From assembly GCF_006345805.1 (NCBI RefSeq), contig NW_021828282.1, positions 1-8,748 of the forward strand: a DNA stretch of 8,748 nucleotides. Direction: 5' to 3'. This DNA comes from Octopus sinensis (Eukaryota). Position 1 is the stretch's first letter. The number at the start of each line of letters is the position of its first letter. The notes under the pieces were generated by a model that searched no databases, was not told where the DNA came from, and saw only the letters and a program-made list of their open reading frames with translations. Shown in pieces: positions 7,096 through 8,748 of this stretch. The translations under genes and the position numbers were made by a program.

Positions 7096-7419
7096 TAGTG
7101 TTGCGTTTCACATACGTAATACTGTTAGTACAAAAGCAAGTGTCTGATATCCCCGCAATTAGTAAGCAAAAACTCCATCTAAGGGTCTCGTAAAATATAC
7201 CAAAACAACAACCATGGGAGATAACTCCAATAAAGTCAGCCACACATGAAATTGGTGAAAAGTTAAAATAATGAAGTGTTTTGTTAATAAAGGTAGGTTG
7301 ATGAATTAATTAAGCAAATAAAATGGTAGATAGGTGGGTGGGTAGGTAAAAAGGGAGGTAGATATCTACCTATCTCCCTACTTACCTATACACCTACATA
7401 CACGTAGCTGGGTAAGAAT

Positions 7420-7660
7420 GCGTGTAGTGTATATATATGCGTGTAGTGTATATGTATATGTGTGTGTGTATATATATATATGCATTTGTGTGCGGATGTA
7501 TGTACACGAGTCTGTATGTATGTGCGGATGTATGCGTGTCTGTACGTATGTATGTATATATGTATGTATGTGTGTATGTATGTGTGAATGTATGTGTATG
7601 ATAGTATGTGTGAATGTGTGTGTATGTATGTGCGTATGCATGCATGTGTGTATGCATGTA

Positions 7661-7691
<31 letters not shown>

Positions 7692-7885
7692 ATGGCATAC
7701 CTGTCTGCATTTATGTATGTACGCATGTATGCGTATATGTATGAGTAAATATATGTACATCTTTCTAAATTTCTGTGAGCATGTATGTTGGTATGTAGGT
7801 AGGTAGGTAGGTGGAAGAATTATGTAGGTAAGCAGGTGGGCAATTAGGTGGGTGGGTAATTAGGTATGTGGGTAGGTAGGTATAC
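7420..7885 (+). repeat. Degenerate (TG)/(TATG)/(GGTA) simple-repeat field
   Basis: Directly visible; it is the source of several spurious V/C/M/Y and H/T/I ORFs. Confidence 0.93.
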
Positions 7886-7934
7886 AGTTACTGTATTAGA
7901 ACAATGCGGTGTGTGAACAGCCTAGAGCAGTAGA

Positions 7935-8115
7935 GGTTGATGGTGTTGGTGGTGGTGGAGGGTGTGGAGGTGGAGGTGGTGGTGGTGGTGGTGATAGAAG
8001 TGATGGTAGTTAATGCCACAACCCACCATCACCACCAGCACCAGAAGCAGCAGCAGCACCACCAAAATCAGCACTGTTACCATCACCACCACTACCACCA
8101 CCACCACCACCACCG
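7935..8115. repeat. (GGT)n tract followed by a (CAC/CAG)n tract, in inverted orientation
   Basis: GGT-rich 7935-8010, CAC/CAG-rich 8015-8115. Confidence 0.9.
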
Positions 8116-8227
8116 AAACCCCCTTATAAACACCATATTGTCTCCACCCCTCCACCCTAATTCCAACACTTTCTCTGTAAAACGAAAATCAATTTCAGTG
8201 AACAGCAGGTTGTTACACACGACAATG

Positions 8228-8640
8228 ATCACACACACACACGCTCATACATACAGACATATAGACATACATAGATACACACATACATACACACAGAAAT
8301 AGATACTTATACGTACATGCATACATATATGTATATATATATATACACATACATATAAATATATATATATATATACATACATATATACACGAACACATAC
8401 AAGCATATATATATGCAAACACATACATATATACGCATGCACACGCTTATATATGTATATATGTGCAAGTATATATATATATATATATAACACAAACCAC
8501 ACACACACATATTATATATACACGACCCAGTTGTATATATATATATACGTACACAAAACACACGCACATACATATACACATGAAAAAATTATACACATAC
8601 CGCTAATGAAATACAACATACATGCATTCATACACACTCA

Positions 8641-8717
<77 letters not shown>

Positions 8718-8720
8718 GTA
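8228..8720 (+). repeat. Degenerate (CA)/(CATA)/(TA) simple-repeat field ending in a long pure (AT)n tract
   Basis: Directly visible; pure (AT)n at about 8644-8711. Confidence 0.95.
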
Positions 8721-8748
8721 CTGACATACGTTTGCACGCATTGAATTG

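Noticed and set aside
7937-8302. Poly-V/poly-H ORF, with poly-G/poly-P in other frames
   Set aside because: It derives from GGT/CAC trinucleotide repeats; the G/P frame has an internal stop and there is no splice or domain support.

Overview
Eukaryotic, repeat-dominated non-coding DNA (intronic or intergenic). The SINE families point to an octopus genome (recognised from memory, not from a database search). I find no intact protein-coding gene; the listed ORFs are mostly microsatellite or low-complexity translations. The window holds three decayed non-LTR retrotransposon relics: the 3' end of an R4/Dong-like restriction-like-endonuclease (REL) ORF (57-345, -), a CRE-like zinc-knuckle/REL fragment (3082-3279, -) and a heavily eroded LINE reverse transcriptase (about 1862-2420, +). 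It also holds two tRNA-derived SINE copies, a MITE-like inverted-repeat element with a tRNA-like Pol III promoter inside it (1421-1824), and a ~685-bp direct duplication whose copies differ almost only by 1-2-nt indels (possible assembly artefact). Further features are a degenerate ~80-bp repeat that partly keeps a peptide-repeat reading frame (6256-6866), a candidate 6-nt microexon (7116-7121, -) and many microsatellites, with a strand-skew inversion near 8011. No complete novel system is supported; the findings are leads.
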